From positions 9,052-73,051 of the forward strand of contig JALZVU010000125.1 of the NCBI GenBank assembly GCA_023301795.1: a stretch of 64,000 bases of DNA. Direction: 5' to 3'. Shown here piece by piece: positions 37,985 to 47,810 of the stretch (the first letter of the stretch is position 1; each line of letters begins with the position of its first letter). Both the position numbers and the translations under genes were made by a program. The notes below the pieces were generated by a model that made no database searches, had not been told where the DNA came from, and was given only the letters and a program-made list of their open reading frames with translations. This stretch comes from Granulosicoccus sp. GTDB taxonomy: Bacteria; Pseudomonadota; Gammaproteobacteria; Granulosicoccales; Granulosicoccaceae.

Positions 37985-40516
37985 ATGAAACTTCAAGGCA
38001 AACTTGTCATTGTCATCATAGTGGCTATTGTTGCATCTATGCTGTTGTTGGCTGCAGTTGTGTTTGGCCAACTGCGACAACAATCCGAGCGTGAGCTGTT
38101 CAACCAAATGCAACTGCTACTCAACCAGACTCAACAGCAAACAAAATCCTATATCGACAACGCCACTGCCAATACCCGTCTGTTTTCAAGCTCTAACCTA
38201 ATGGATCGCTATGTTATGGTTGAGAATGAAGCAGATCGTTATGAACTAGTTCAGCCAGCGTTACTTCGCCTGTTCACTAAGTATTTTCAAGCTTACCCCG
38301 AATATCGAGAGATACGGTTGATTCTGCCTGATGGCTATGAAGACACCCGCGTTGCCAGAATAAACCTTAAAAATCTCACCGAAGAAGAATTCGACACACC
38401 GTACTTTCAGCGCATGTTAGCCAGCGGTTCAAACATCATGACAACGGTGCTGGACAACCCTGATGATGGCAAGACAACACTCTTGATATCTGTGCCTATC
38501 TTCCGAAAAGATCTACGTACTGATGCGATATCTACAAAGCCCACTCTCAGAGGGTTTATGACAGTAACAGCAAGTCTTGACTATCTTGAAAAGCAGATTC
38601 AGACGCATAAAATCGGCAACAACGGCTATTTGATCGCGGTAGACCGTCAGCATCGAATCATATTTCATCCGCAGAGAAATATGATTGGCAAAGATGCTAT
38701 CGGCTTGCATTCAGTAACCTCACACGACTCTAAAGCTGAACGTATAGATGCTAACGAAAACACCGTACTCACCCAGCTTAACGGAGAATCTGTGTACGCC
38801 AGCGCTCGATGGCTACATCCAGATCTGATGCTAATAAGCGTGCTACCAGCCACCGAGTTTCGCGCAGCGAGCAAACAACTTGGCATCTCAGTGGCTGTTG
38901 TTTCTGTGGGTGCGATTGTCCTGACATCATTCATTCTCATTATCCTGCTGCGCTACCTGGTGGTAACCCCGGTTCGTCAACTGAGTTATCTGGCACAGGA
39001 GATCGGCAAAGGAAATCATATAGATGTTTCTGGGCAGAAACTGCTTCGAACAGATGAAATAGGCGACCTTGCACGTGCGTTCCAGAACATGAAAACCGCG
39101 CTTGGCAAGTCAATGCTACAGTTGCAGCAATCGCATGCAAAGATCGAACAACTGGCTTATCGGGACAGTCTGACTGGCCTGCCAAATCGTCGTCTTTTTC
39201 TCGAACTGGTTGGTCAGGCAATCGCTGAATCAAAACGAAACGATAAACAAAATGCGCTGCTCTTCCTGGACTTGGATGACTTCAAGAAAGTCAACGACAC
39301 CCTCGGGCATGATGCAGGGGATGTACTACTCCAGGCGGTAGCACAGAGACTGATTGATTGCGTACGTGACACTGACACTATCATGCGTGACAGTGACAGC
39401 AGCACGTTTTCAGCTGGAACAGTTGCCCGAATCGGTGGTGATGAATTCATCATATTAATAAACGATTTAACCGATGCCATGGACGCAAAAATCGTTGCAG
39501 AACGTGTGCTGTCTACTTTACGAAAACCCTTTTTGATAATGGATCAGGAATTCGTGGTGGGTACCAGCATTGGTATCTCTTCATATCCGGAAAACGGTGC
39601 TGAGGTTGATGCTTTAGTTAAAGCCGCTGACACGGCAATGTACGCAGCAAAACGCGAGCAAAAGAACACATACCGTTTCTTTGGTGCCATCATGCAACGG
39701 GGCATACAAGATCGCTTGAGCCTCGAGCGCGACTTGCGTATCGCGGTCGAAAATGAATCCCTTACGCTACACTTCCAACCACAGGTTGACACGCATACAA
39801 GAGCCATAGCGGGTGCTGAAGTGCTTCTGCGTTGGCACCATCCAGAGCGTGGTAATGTGCCGCCAGATCTGTTCATACCCATCGCAGAAGATATGGGCCT
39901 GATTGGCCTACTGGGTGAATGGATCATTGACCAGACCTGTCAACAATGGGCACAGTGGAATCAAATGGGCATTGCACCACCTCGATTGGCGGTCAACGTA
40001 TCACAACGCCAGTTCAAACTGAGCAATATGGTGGATGTCGTCGCTAGTGCACTTGAAAAGCATCAGCTATGTGCAAGTGCCCTAGAAATTGAAATCACGG
40101 AATCGTGCATGATGGAGGCACCCGATGACGTCGTTGAATCACTCAACAATATCCGCATGACCGGTGTCAGAATTGCAATGGATGATTTTGGTACAGGATA
40201 TTCATCACTTGGGGCGTTGACCTCATTGCCTATCGACACGCTGAAAATAGATCGAAGCTTTATAACCAATATCGAGCTTGGTAAACCAAATGAAAAAATT
40301 GTCTCAGCGATCCTGTCGCTAGCACACAATCTGGGTATGGATGTCGTCGCTGAAGGCGTTGAAACTCAGAGCGAACATCAATACCTCATCAATATGAATT
40401 GCGAGATATGCCAAGGGTATTTGTTCAGCAAGCCACTTTCAGCCGAACATATGCAGCAGTTATTGACACAGCAAAGTGATGGCCCTGCCCCTCTGCAACT
40501 CAAGCAGGCCAGCTAG
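37985..40516 (+). CDS. Membrane sensor diguanylate cyclase/phosphodiesterase (periplasmic Cache-like domain, HAMP, GGDEF, EAL)
   Basis: Two TM segments flank a ~270-aa periplasmic domain. HAMP 'TDEIGDLARAFQNM'. GGDEF 'YRDSLTGLPNRR...RIGGDEFIIL'. EAL 'EVLLRW...EIEITES...DDFGTGYSSL...KIDRSF...QGYLFSKP'. Confidence 0.9.
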   Translation: MKLQGKLVIVIIVAIVASMLLLAAVVFGQLRQQSERELFNQMQLLLNQTQQQTKSYIDNATANTRLFSSSNLMDRYVMVENEADRYELVQPALLRLFTKYFQAYPEYREIRLILPDGYEDTRVARINLKNLTEEEFDTPYFQRMLASGSNIMTTVLDNPDDGKTTLLISVPIFRKDLRTDAISTKPTLRGFMTVTASLDYLEKQIQTHKIGNNGYLIAVDRQHRIIFHPQRNMIGKDAIGLHSVTSHDSKAERIDANENTVLTQLNGESVYASARWLHPDLMLISVLPATEFRAASKQLGISVAVVSVGAIVLTSFILIILLRYLVVTPVRQLSYLAQEIGKGNHIDVSGQKLLRTDEIGDLARAFQNMKTALGKSMLQLQQSHAKIEQLAYRDSLTGLPNRRLFLELVGQAIAESKRNDKQNALLFLDLDDFKKVNDTLGHDAGDVLLQAVAQRLIDCVRDTDTIMRDSDSSTFSAGTVARIGGDEFIILINDLTDAMDAKIVAERVLSTLRKPFLIMDQEFVVGTSIGISSYPENGAEVDALVKAADTAMYAAKREQKNTYRFFGAIMQRGIQDRLSLERDLRIAVENESLTLHFQPQVDTHTRAIAGAEVLLRWHHPERGNVPPDLFIPIAEDMGLIGLLGEWIIDQTCQQWAQWNQMGIAPPRLAVNVSQRQFKLSNMVDVVASALEKHQLCASALEIEITESCMMEAPDDVVESLNNIRMTGVRIAMDDFGTGYSSLGALTSLPIDTLKIDRSFITNIELGKPNEKIVSAILSLAHNLGMDVVAEGVETQSEHQYLINMNCEICQGYLFSKPLSAEHMQQLLTQQSDGPAPLQLKQAS

Positions 40517-40607
40517 ATTCATTAGCCAGCTTCAAATCCTTGACAGGGCACATTCGTGGCAGAATACAGCTTAGGAAAATTCGTACTCACAAGATGGGAA
40601 TTTACAT

Positions 40608-41495
40608 ATGAGTAACGCTGGAACATCACACATTTCTTGCTGCGATCGGAAGAGCTCCAACCCCTCTCAATTGCCGAGGTGGAGGGCGTTTTGTGTCGTC
40701 ACCCTAGCCATGGTTTCGTTGCTGGTGGGCTGCGTTAGTGTACAGACGACCAAGCCAGGCACTATCGGGTTAGACCGCAAGCAGAGCATGTCTCCATTGA
40801 TCTCGAGCTCTGATTTGGAACAAGGTGCGGTTACGGCTTATGCGCAAGTGGTGGGCGATGCGCAGAAAGAGGGTGCATTAAATACGGATGCCGCCTTGAC
40901 TCGGCGAGTTCGTGCTATCGCTGACAGGCTGATTCCCAACGTTAGCGTTTTTAGAGAAGATGCCGTTGCTTGGGACTGGCAGGTTAATGTCATCACTTCG
41001 GACCAGCTAAATGCCTGGGCCATGCCCGGCGGCAAGATCGCTTTTTACACGGGGATCATCAATCAGCTTGAACTAACCGATGCTCAGATTTCAGCAATAA
41101 TGGGACACGAAATCGCCCATGCCCTGCGTGAACATTCGCGCGAAAGAGCCTCTTCAGAAGCTAACAAATCTTTAGTCGTTGGCATCCTGGGTGCAGCTAC
41201 CGGAGCTGGCGCAACTGCACAAGGACTAGCCGATTTGGCTTACCAGACCACAGTAGGACTGCCTAACAGCCGGCTGCACGAGACTGAATCAGACCGTGTT
41301 GGTATCGAACTGATGGCACGTGCGGGTTACAACCCCAATGCTGCGATTGAAGTCTGGCAAAAAATGGCCAAAGCGAGCAGTGGCGGCGGTGGACCGGCAT
41401 TCATGTCCACTCATCCAAGCAATGAGTCAAGAATAAAAGATCTGACTAATTACGCGAGCATTGTAGAGCCTCTGTACCAAGCTGCGAAGCGCTAA
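40608..41495 (+). CDS. M48-family zinc metalloprotease, probable lipoprotein
   Basis: Lipobox 'LLVGCVS', 'HEIAHAL' zinc motif, downstream 'ETESDRVG'. The true start may be downstream of 40608. Confidence 0.8.
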   Translation: MSNAGTSHISCCDRKSSNPSQLPRWRAFCVVTLAMVSLLVGCVSVQTTKPGTIGLDRKQSMSPLISSSDLEQGAVTAYAQVVGDAQKEGALNTDAALTRRVRAIADRLIPNVSVFREDAVAWDWQVNVITSDQLNAWAMPGGKIAFYTGIINQLELTDAQISAIMGHEIAHALREHSRERASSEANKSLVVGILGAATGAGATAQGLADLAYQTTVGLPNSRLHETESDRVGIELMARAGYNPNAAIEVWQKMAKASSGGGGPAFMSTHPSNESRIKDLTNYASIVEPLYQAAKR

Positions 41496-41513
41496 CAACG
41501 TTCAGCTGTTGTT

Positions 41514-41554
41514 GAAAATCTCAGCGTTCTTCTACTACTACACTGAGAATTTTC
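41514..41554. terminator. Hairpin between convergent genes (putative bidirectional terminator)
   Basis: 'gaaaatctcag' ... 'ctgagaattttc': an 11-bp stem with one bulge and an 18-nt loop. The A-rich and T-rich flanks form part of the stem. Confidence 0.4.
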
Positions 41555-41667
41555 GATTTAAATCAAACGACGTTAAGTGTCTCTGACCTTCTCAGCACCA
41601 TTGAAAAGCACGTGATCGGCAAACTCAACGGTGTCCAGGTTCCTCTTCTGGCTTGCAATATGAGCTG

Positions 41668-43551
41668 CTAAGGGATGCTAAACGGTATCCGCTTTACTGC
41701 CGTGTCGAAGTCACCATTGATAAATAGCCTGGCTTCAAAGTCACCAGTCCCAATGTACTGTTGTCGGAAGCCAAGTCTGCCGGTAAGAGGACCAGGGCCA
41801 CTCAAGTTTGGACTGCCATTAGTGTAAAGCCACATTTTCAAATGACTATCTGGTGAACCAGCCCGAGCGATCGTGACTCGGTCATTCGGTCCCTGGTTAG
41901 AATCGGCAAAATCAACGTAAACGCGTGCTGGTGATTCGTCCAAGCGTACTTGTGTTTGCAAGCGATAGACTGGCGAGGCAGGTGCTGGACTGCTTGTTGG
42001 ACTTGTTGTCGGACTGCTTGTTGGATCAGATTTGGGGGTGCTAACTGGCGTTACGGGAGCAGGCTGCTGTCTCCCCACAGGCGTTCCGAGATCGACTGAA
42101 TAGGTATCGACTGAACCTGAATCGTACCAGTCGGAATTAAATAACACGCGTGATCCACTAGGGCTCATGACAGCATGTGGTTCGCCAAAGTATGCACCGC
42201 GGTAACTGCCACCACGCGTGGCGCTCTTGCCCATCGTTCTAGTATGGGCAATACGGCAGGTTGTCGGATTGTTTGAATCGGCATGCGTCAGACTGAGTTC
42301 AGAAAACGACAGTGGCGCGGGTTGGCCGTTTTTTAAATAGGCAAGGTTTCTGTAGCCAATTGTAGTCATGGTCACCCAGCCAGGGCTTTTACTCGACTCT
42401 GAGGACAAATGTACTCCACTTAGAGGATAGCCCCAACCAGTGCTTCGACCCACCATGACCTGACAACCACCAGTTTCGACATCATGAGCAACCAGAGCAC
42501 CTCGGCCAGCATCACTGTCGCCGTCGCACCCGTTTGGCGCTGAATCATACCGTGGAGAAAAAATAGCATCGTGCCCGTTCGCCATTTGCCCAGTGGTAGC
42601 GTGTTCAAGTTTAGGCACCGGATAGCGTCCACCGTTTCTTGCGGTGAATTGTCCCAATGAGCTATCAAGTCGATACAGGAAGTTCATGTTTGCATCAAAC
42701 ACACTGTCTTGTACGACAACACGTCGACCGCTATCTAGAGTGGAGGCCGCTACATCAGACCTGAATCCATATGTGTTTGAACCTTGGGGACGGGTCGGAT
42801 CAATCGTGACTTGTTTGCTAACTTTTCCAGTGCGAACGTTCGCATAAAAGGTGATGTCAGACGAGCGCCCGCTTACCGCATCATTTCTGCACCGCAATCC
42901 GACAGTGTTGTTGGCAATTCCCTGAATGTCGTTGCCGCCTCTGGCCGTTTCACCGTTGCGCTCAGCGGGTCTTCCGCACATAGGATCTAAATCAGCAGCC
43001 AGACTTCGTTGACGTGTGTTGACGTTGTACTTTACGAGTTTGCCGTAGAGGGCGTCATTGGACGGACGTCGTTGGATGAAGTACAAAGTTGCCGGGTCAT
43101 TCTCATCCCAGTAAATTCCTTCAATATCAGCAGGAATAAATTCCATTTGTCGGATGTACTTGAAAGTTTTTCCATCGTACAGATGGTGGCCAGCGTCTTC
43201 ATCACCTGTATGATAAAGCATGAGAAATGACTCATCAGCATTCCACGGTTGGATAGTGTTGTACAACGTTCTACGAGCAGTGCCGTAAGGTGCGTCCGTG
43301 ATCCGGGTAACCTTCGTACCGAATGCTGGATCAACATAGGTCTGAAGGGCCTTGGGCTTGGCCATGGGCTCGACCACACGACTATCAAGATCAGTCGCTT
43401 TGCCAGAGCACCAATTTTGTGCAAAAGCAGGAGTGCTGTTAAACAAAAAAGCACAAAGCGCCATTAAGGCTGACAGGAATTTGAGTCCGTTGGTTCGAAC
43501 GCGGATGAACTTTGGCACGTTGGTCTTATTACCCTTTATGTTACACGCCAC
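41668..43551 (-). CDS. Secreted hypothetical protein: beta-propeller-like body, PT/S-rich linker, ~100-aa C-terminal module
   Basis: Signal peptide '...LSALMALCAFLFNSTPAFA'. Propeller-like end 'SPSGSRVLFNSDWYDSG'. Linker 'PAPVTPVSTPKSDPTSSPTTSPTSSPAPASP'. C-terminal module with 'KMWLYTNG...GDFEARLF'. I recognise no enzyme motif. Confidence 0.6.
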   Translation of the reverse strand: MACNIKGNKTNVPKFIRVRTNGLKFLSALMALCAFLFNSTPAFAQNWCSGKATDLDSRVVEPMAKPKALQTYVDPAFGTKVTRITDAPYGTARRTLYNTIQPWNADESFLMLYHTGDEDAGHHLYDGKTFKYIRQMEFIPADIEGIYWDENDPATLYFIQRRPSNDALYGKLVKYNVNTRQRSLAADLDPMCGRPAERNGETARGGNDIQGIANNTVGLRCRNDAVSGRSSDITFYANVRTGKVSKQVTIDPTRPQGSNTYGFRSDVAASTLDSGRRVVVQDSVFDANMNFLYRLDSSLGQFTARNGGRYPVPKLEHATTGQMANGHDAIFSPRYDSAPNGCDGDSDAGRGALVAHDVETGGCQVMVGRSTGWGYPLSGVHLSSESSKSPGWVTMTTIGYRNLAYLKNGQPAPLSFSELSLTHADSNNPTTCRIAHTRTMGKSATRGGSYRGAYFGEPHAVMSPSGSRVLFNSDWYDSGSVDTYSVDLGTPVGRQQPAPVTPVSTPKSDPTSSPTTSPTSSPAPASPVYRLQTQVRLDESPARVYVDFADSNQGPNDRVTIARAGSPDSHLKMWLYTNGSPNLSGPGPLTGRLGFRQQYIGTGDFEARLFINGDFDTAVKRIPFSIP

Positions 43552-43977
43552 GGAAGGTATACGAAACGGTGAAACCTTGCTCGAAATGTTTCGGCCAGAT
43601 GCAGCTTATAGGGCAAGCAAATGATCGTCAAAATTTTGACTATCTTTCCTATTGAGGAAGATATTTTTCAGAGAGATACCGTAGCTTGGCTGTAATCGAA
43701 ACGTGCTGAAAACACATAGCTCAGAACGCTGTGCGACAGAAATGGTCGAGCGGGTGCAATGGCATTTAGAGTCGATTTCTACGCTTGATTGCGACGCTCA
43801 CTAGAGCGCCTGAATGACTGAGCCATCATTTATTACGGAATTGAAAGTATAAATCTCTCGGAAGTATTTCACACAATTCTGTCGAAACTGTTGCCAATGA
43901 GATACCCCATTGCCTCACTGCCAAAGACAAAAACCGCTCATCATCCACCGCCACTGCCAAGCTTCAGAAACAGTAGT

Positions 43978-45108
43978 TCACAACGAAGCCTCGCGAATAG
44001 CTTCAGCAAGTTGGAACACAGCCATTGCATAAAGGCGGCTATGGTTGTAGCGAGTTATTGCATAAAAGTTACGATAGCCCACCCAAAGTTCTTGACCACC
44101 ATCGCCGTCCAAGGTCATAACACTGAGCAATTGGTTTTCGCCTGTGTCGCTCGAAGATACCTCTGCCGCAAAACCCAAGGCACGAACAGTCTCAGGATTT
44201 ATCTCAGGTTTCAGATCTTCCCGCACAAGCTGTAGCATGGGATCTGCAATACCCCATTGTGGCACCCATCGTTCAGCTACAGGCTCACCTGCACGCCATC
44301 CGTGCACAGACAGGTAATTGGCAACTGAGCCGATGATGTCAGGGTGGCTCGTGAACAAATTCCGCGTACCGTCTGAATCAAAGTCAACTGCATACTTACG
44401 ATAGCTTGACGCGATAAATTGCGGCATTCCCATCGCACCTGCATAACTTCCCCGAATGTTAATCGTGTCCCAGTCTTCTTTTTCTGCCAACAGCACGAAT
44501 TCTGTCATTTCGCTTGTAAAGAAATCAGACCGAGGTGGGTAGTCGAACGCTAACGTGGCCAACGCTTCCAGCACACGATAAGAACCGATATCGCCCCCGT
44601 ATTGAGTTTCAACGCCGATAATCGCTGCGATAATTTCTGCAGGAACCCCGAATTGTTCTTGCGCCTGTTTCAGTGCCACATTGTGTTCACGCAAAAACGC
44701 CTTGCCACCGTCAATTCGCTTTTGCGTCAGGAAAATAGATCGATACTGACGCCAGGATAACGTGCGTTCGGCAGGCTTTGAAATCGCGTCAAGAATACTC
44801 TGCTGACGATTCAGGCGCGAGAACAAACCAGCGATCCGATTGACATTCAGACCATGCTCGGCGCTCAACTCCCGTATGTATTCGCGCACGCTGTCCCGTT
44901 CCAGATAGCGCTCTGCATTTTCGTTCGCCAACACCGCACCGCTGGCGCATGTCAACAAGATACCCAAAGCGAAGAAGCTGCTTACCAGCGTTCCCCAGTA
45001 ACGATTGTCCCTGCTTCGGTCAGTTATATCACTCATTGTTAAATTGGTTGCCTCGCAATATGCACGGGTGAACACGCTCTCGACTCTGCACGTTATCGGC
45101 CAGATCAC
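43978..45108 (-). CDS. mltB: Lytic murein transglycosylase B-like
   Basis: 'IIGVETQYGG' (catalytic Glu region) and 'GSYAGAMGMPQFIASSYRKYAVDFDSDG'. The likely true start is ATG 45036 ('MSDITDR...'), followed by a membrane anchor or signal sequence. Confidence 0.85.
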   Translation of the reverse strand: MIWPITCRVESVFTRAYCEATNLTMSDITDRSRDNRYWGTLVSSFFALGILLTCASGAVLANENAERYLERDSVREYIRELSAEHGLNVNRIAGLFSRLNRQQSILDAISKPAERTLSWRQYRSIFLTQKRIDGGKAFLREHNVALKQAQEQFGVPAEIIAAIIGVETQYGGDIGSYRVLEALATLAFDYPPRSDFFTSEMTEFVLLAEKEDWDTINIRGSYAGAMGMPQFIASSYRKYAVDFDSDGTRNLFTSHPDIIGSVANYLSVHGWRAGEPVAERWVPQWGIADPMLQLVREDLKPEINPETVRALGFAAEVSSSDTGENQLLSVMTLDGDGGQELWVGYRNFYAITRYNHSRLYAMAVFQLAEAIREASL

Positions 45109-45392
45109 GCCCCTAGTCTAGAGGAGCGTGAGCAAAATAACGGGAACATCAGTTGAATTTGTGAGCTAACTTGCCGGCTCATTGGACCGCAGGCCAACAA
45201 ACACGCTTTTCATCATGGGAACTTAACCATTTGCTGTCCTTTGAAGATGCTGGTCAGTGAGGTAGCCACGATGCGAGGACAGTGGTTACCGAGACAAATT
45301 CGGAACAATCATTCAATATATAAATGCACAATACCGCTTTTTCGATGCCGTACGATCAACCCCGAAAATGCGAAACAGTAGCGTCAAGCTAT

Positions 45393-47057
45393 TCAAGCTG
45401 CTGGTTCCTTTGAACTACAAAAACACGACGAGTATATTTCCTTATCAGCACGAGACAGCGCAAAGTTGAGCTGCGGTTTAATCATCGCAGCTTCCTTGTG
45501 CTTGCCCAATGCCTTGTAACAATCCCTTAGCCCCACCAGTGCCCAGACATTGTTTGGGTGACGATTAGAACGAATGCACTCGTCAGTAATGCCAAGATCA
45601 GCTTCATAAGCTGCCGCAGCTTCTTCATAGTGTTTTTGTTCAGACAATAATGCGCCTAGTGCATGGCGGCTTGGCATCATCCAGCCCCAGGGCTCATCAT
45701 AAGGAAGCGCATCTTCTAACGCTACGGCATTTCGTAGATGGGTAAATGCTAAGTCATAGCTGCCATTGTGGTATTCGATTTCTCCTCCCATAAGCTCACG
45801 GGCAACACCACAGATATCAACACATCGAACCACATGAATCATTCGCTCATCGGTTAACTTTGCGGCTGATACTTCAAAGTTATTTTGTGCCTCTAGTGCT
45901 TTGTCGTGTTGCTTCAGTGCTGCATGCGCAATGCCTTTGCCATAGTGGTTCATGGCGGCTGTCATGCAGTAGAGATCAGGGTCTTCGGGCAGTGGACAAT
46001 CTACAAGATCCTGCCATTTTCCGAATCGCGCCAAAGCGTGAGTTTCAATGGAATAGAACCCTTCAAACCAGTTAGCCATGGGTACCGGATCTGTGAGCCT
46101 GATCAATTCATCGGGCAAAGTGCGCTTGAGGTCACGTACCGCCTCCATAGCTGGCTTGAACTGCCCAAGCAACATCGCGCCATAGAGTTTGAAGTGATAA
46201 TTGTGCATCCGATAACCTGAATAGAAATTAAGCGCTCCATCTCGCTCCCAGTTTATTTCATCGGCTATCGAGCCTTTATGATTCCAGACAACAACATTTT
46301 GATAGTCACCGCACAGCACATCTATATGGGTCGACATGTGAAGCAGGTGGCCGGAAGACGGCACTAGCTCGCGCAGCTCATCAGCAACCTTCAATGCAGC
46401 TTCTGGAACAGGCGACATCTCCATCAGGTGGATGTAGAGATGCCAGATACCAACATGATGGCGCTGATTGTTCTCGTATATGGTGTCGATGGCTTTTTCC
46501 AACACACTACGGCATTCCAAGGTATCAGCACCGTCGATTACTTCACCCGTCACAGGGTCCCACATTTGCCAAGGCGTGCGGCACATCATGGCCTCAACTG
46601 ACAGGGAGATAACATCGTAGTGATCAGAAAATTTTTCCCGTACCTTGCGCATCTCATTTGCATACTTGTCTGCGCAAGCTTCAAGATCAACATCTTCAGA
46701 ATACTCAGGGTAACGAGCAGTAAGAGCCTCTATAAGGGCTTTTTCAACCGCATTTTTATTACATGCTTGTGCTGCAGCAAGTGAATTTCTGGCTTTGTCT
46801 AGCGTAATCTTTAATTCGTCGGGTCCGAAAGACTGCCATGTTTTGTTGTAATTGGGACCAATCAGAAATGCGACAGCCCAATGCGCCATAGCGCAATCCG
46901 GATCTGCCTTTAGTGCCTCTATCAGACAACGCTCAGCCTCTTCATGATGAAAACCGTAAAGCCACGCCAAAGCGCGGTCAAACCATATTTGAGCATGGGG
47001 CGCACTTGTCGTGACAGGCATCGAATGATGGCCAAGGTCAAACGGATATTCGTTCAA
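45393..47057 (-). CDS. TPR-like repeat protein of unknown function
   Basis: Helical-repeat composition throughout ('AQIWFDRALAWLYGFHHEEAERCLIEALKADP'). TTG start preceded by GGAGGA 9 nt upstream. Confidence 0.65.
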   Translation of the reverse strand: MNEYPFDLGHHSMPVTTSAPHAQIWFDRALAWLYGFHHEEAERCLIEALKADPDCAMAHWAVAFLIGPNYNKTWQSFGPDELKITLDKARNSLAAAQACNKNAVEKALIEALTARYPEYSEDVDLEACADKYANEMRKVREKFSDHYDVISLSVEAMMCRTPWQMWDPVTGEVIDGADTLECRSVLEKAIDTIYENNQRHHVGIWHLYIHLMEMSPVPEAALKVADELRELVPSSGHLLHMSTHIDVLCGDYQNVVVWNHKGSIADEINWERDGALNFYSGYRMHNYHFKLYGAMLLGQFKPAMEAVRDLKRTLPDELIRLTDPVPMANWFEGFYSIETHALARFGKWQDLVDCPLPEDPDLYCMTAAMNHYGKGIAHAALKQHDKALEAQNNFEVSAAKLTDERMIHVVRCVDICGVARELMGGEIEYHNGSYDLAFTHLRNAVALEDALPYDEPWGWMMPSRHALGALLSEQKHYEEAAAAYEADLGITDECIRSNRHPNNVWALVGLRDCYKALGKHKEAAMIKPQLNFALSRADKEIYSSCFCSSKEPAA

Positions 47058-47189
47058 GCGTGTATTCCTCCAAAAGAACTATTGGATTTCTCATAAGCAC
47101 TGCAAATTTCGTTATTTTTACAGTTGTTATTTGTGCTTCATAGGCGTTTCATGTACACGCAAATAGGACACTTTTATTTGATAATCTAG

Positions 47190-47717
47190 CTACGGTTCGC
47201 GCGAGGCGATAGCGGCAAGCTCTACCGGGCATCCCTCCGGCCGGCAGATCTCCTCATTGCAGAGCTTACATATCCTGCGAGCACTCTCGTAGTCGTGTGT
47301 GAGAGCCGCAAGCATCGTTTCCAGAATTGGGCCTAGAGCCCTCTTCTGCTCATCCGTCAAGCAGGACATCACCTCGTCAGTTACTGCGGCTCGCGCTGTA
47401 AGAATGCTTTCAGCTCGCCTCGCCCCAAGCTCAGTCACATGCAGAACAACCGAACGCGCGTCCGATGGATTGGGTCTACGCTCTATTAGTCCGTCGAGCA
47501 CCAGATAATCAATCAATCTGACAGCGCCCGAATGAGTCATATCGAGCACCCGTCTTAGCATGTCGATACTGTCGCCTGAGTGGTTCATGATGGCGACAAG
47601 CGCCGCAGCTGCGTTGTCACTGCGCAACCCTATCTGACCAACAGCGTTGTCGATCTTTGACGACAAAGCCGTTGAAAGGGATGCCAGATGGTTACCTACG
47701 AATGCTTCATTTCTCAT
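47190..47717 (-). CDS. MarR-family regulator with a C-terminal Cys-rich tail
   Basis: wHTH region 'MLRRVLDMTHSGAVRLIDYLVLDGLIERRPNPSDARSVVLHVTELG'. Tail 'CKLCNEEICRPEGCP' (CX2CX5CX4C). Confidence 0.8.
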   Translation of the reverse strand: MRNEAFVGNHLASLSTALSSKIDNAVGQIGLRSDNAAAALVAIMNHSGDSIDMLRRVLDMTHSGAVRLIDYLVLDGLIERRPNPSDARSVVLHVTELGARRAESILTARAAVTDEVMSCLTDEQKRALGPILETMLAALTHDYESARRICKLCNEEICRPEGCPVELAAIASREP

Positions 47718-47810
47718 GGCTTAATCTTCTGCGATTACATCATCTAACGCAATCGTCAATTTATACATGATATATTTATATGACTCAATCACACATAAAC
47801 AAACCAAGCA

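Noticed and set aside
43032-43454. 140-aa ORF in an alternate frame on the same strand as the secreted propeller-like gene
   Set aside because: It is fully nested in the longer ORF, which has a signal peptide and a coherent domain layout. The nested frame has no start context or motifs.
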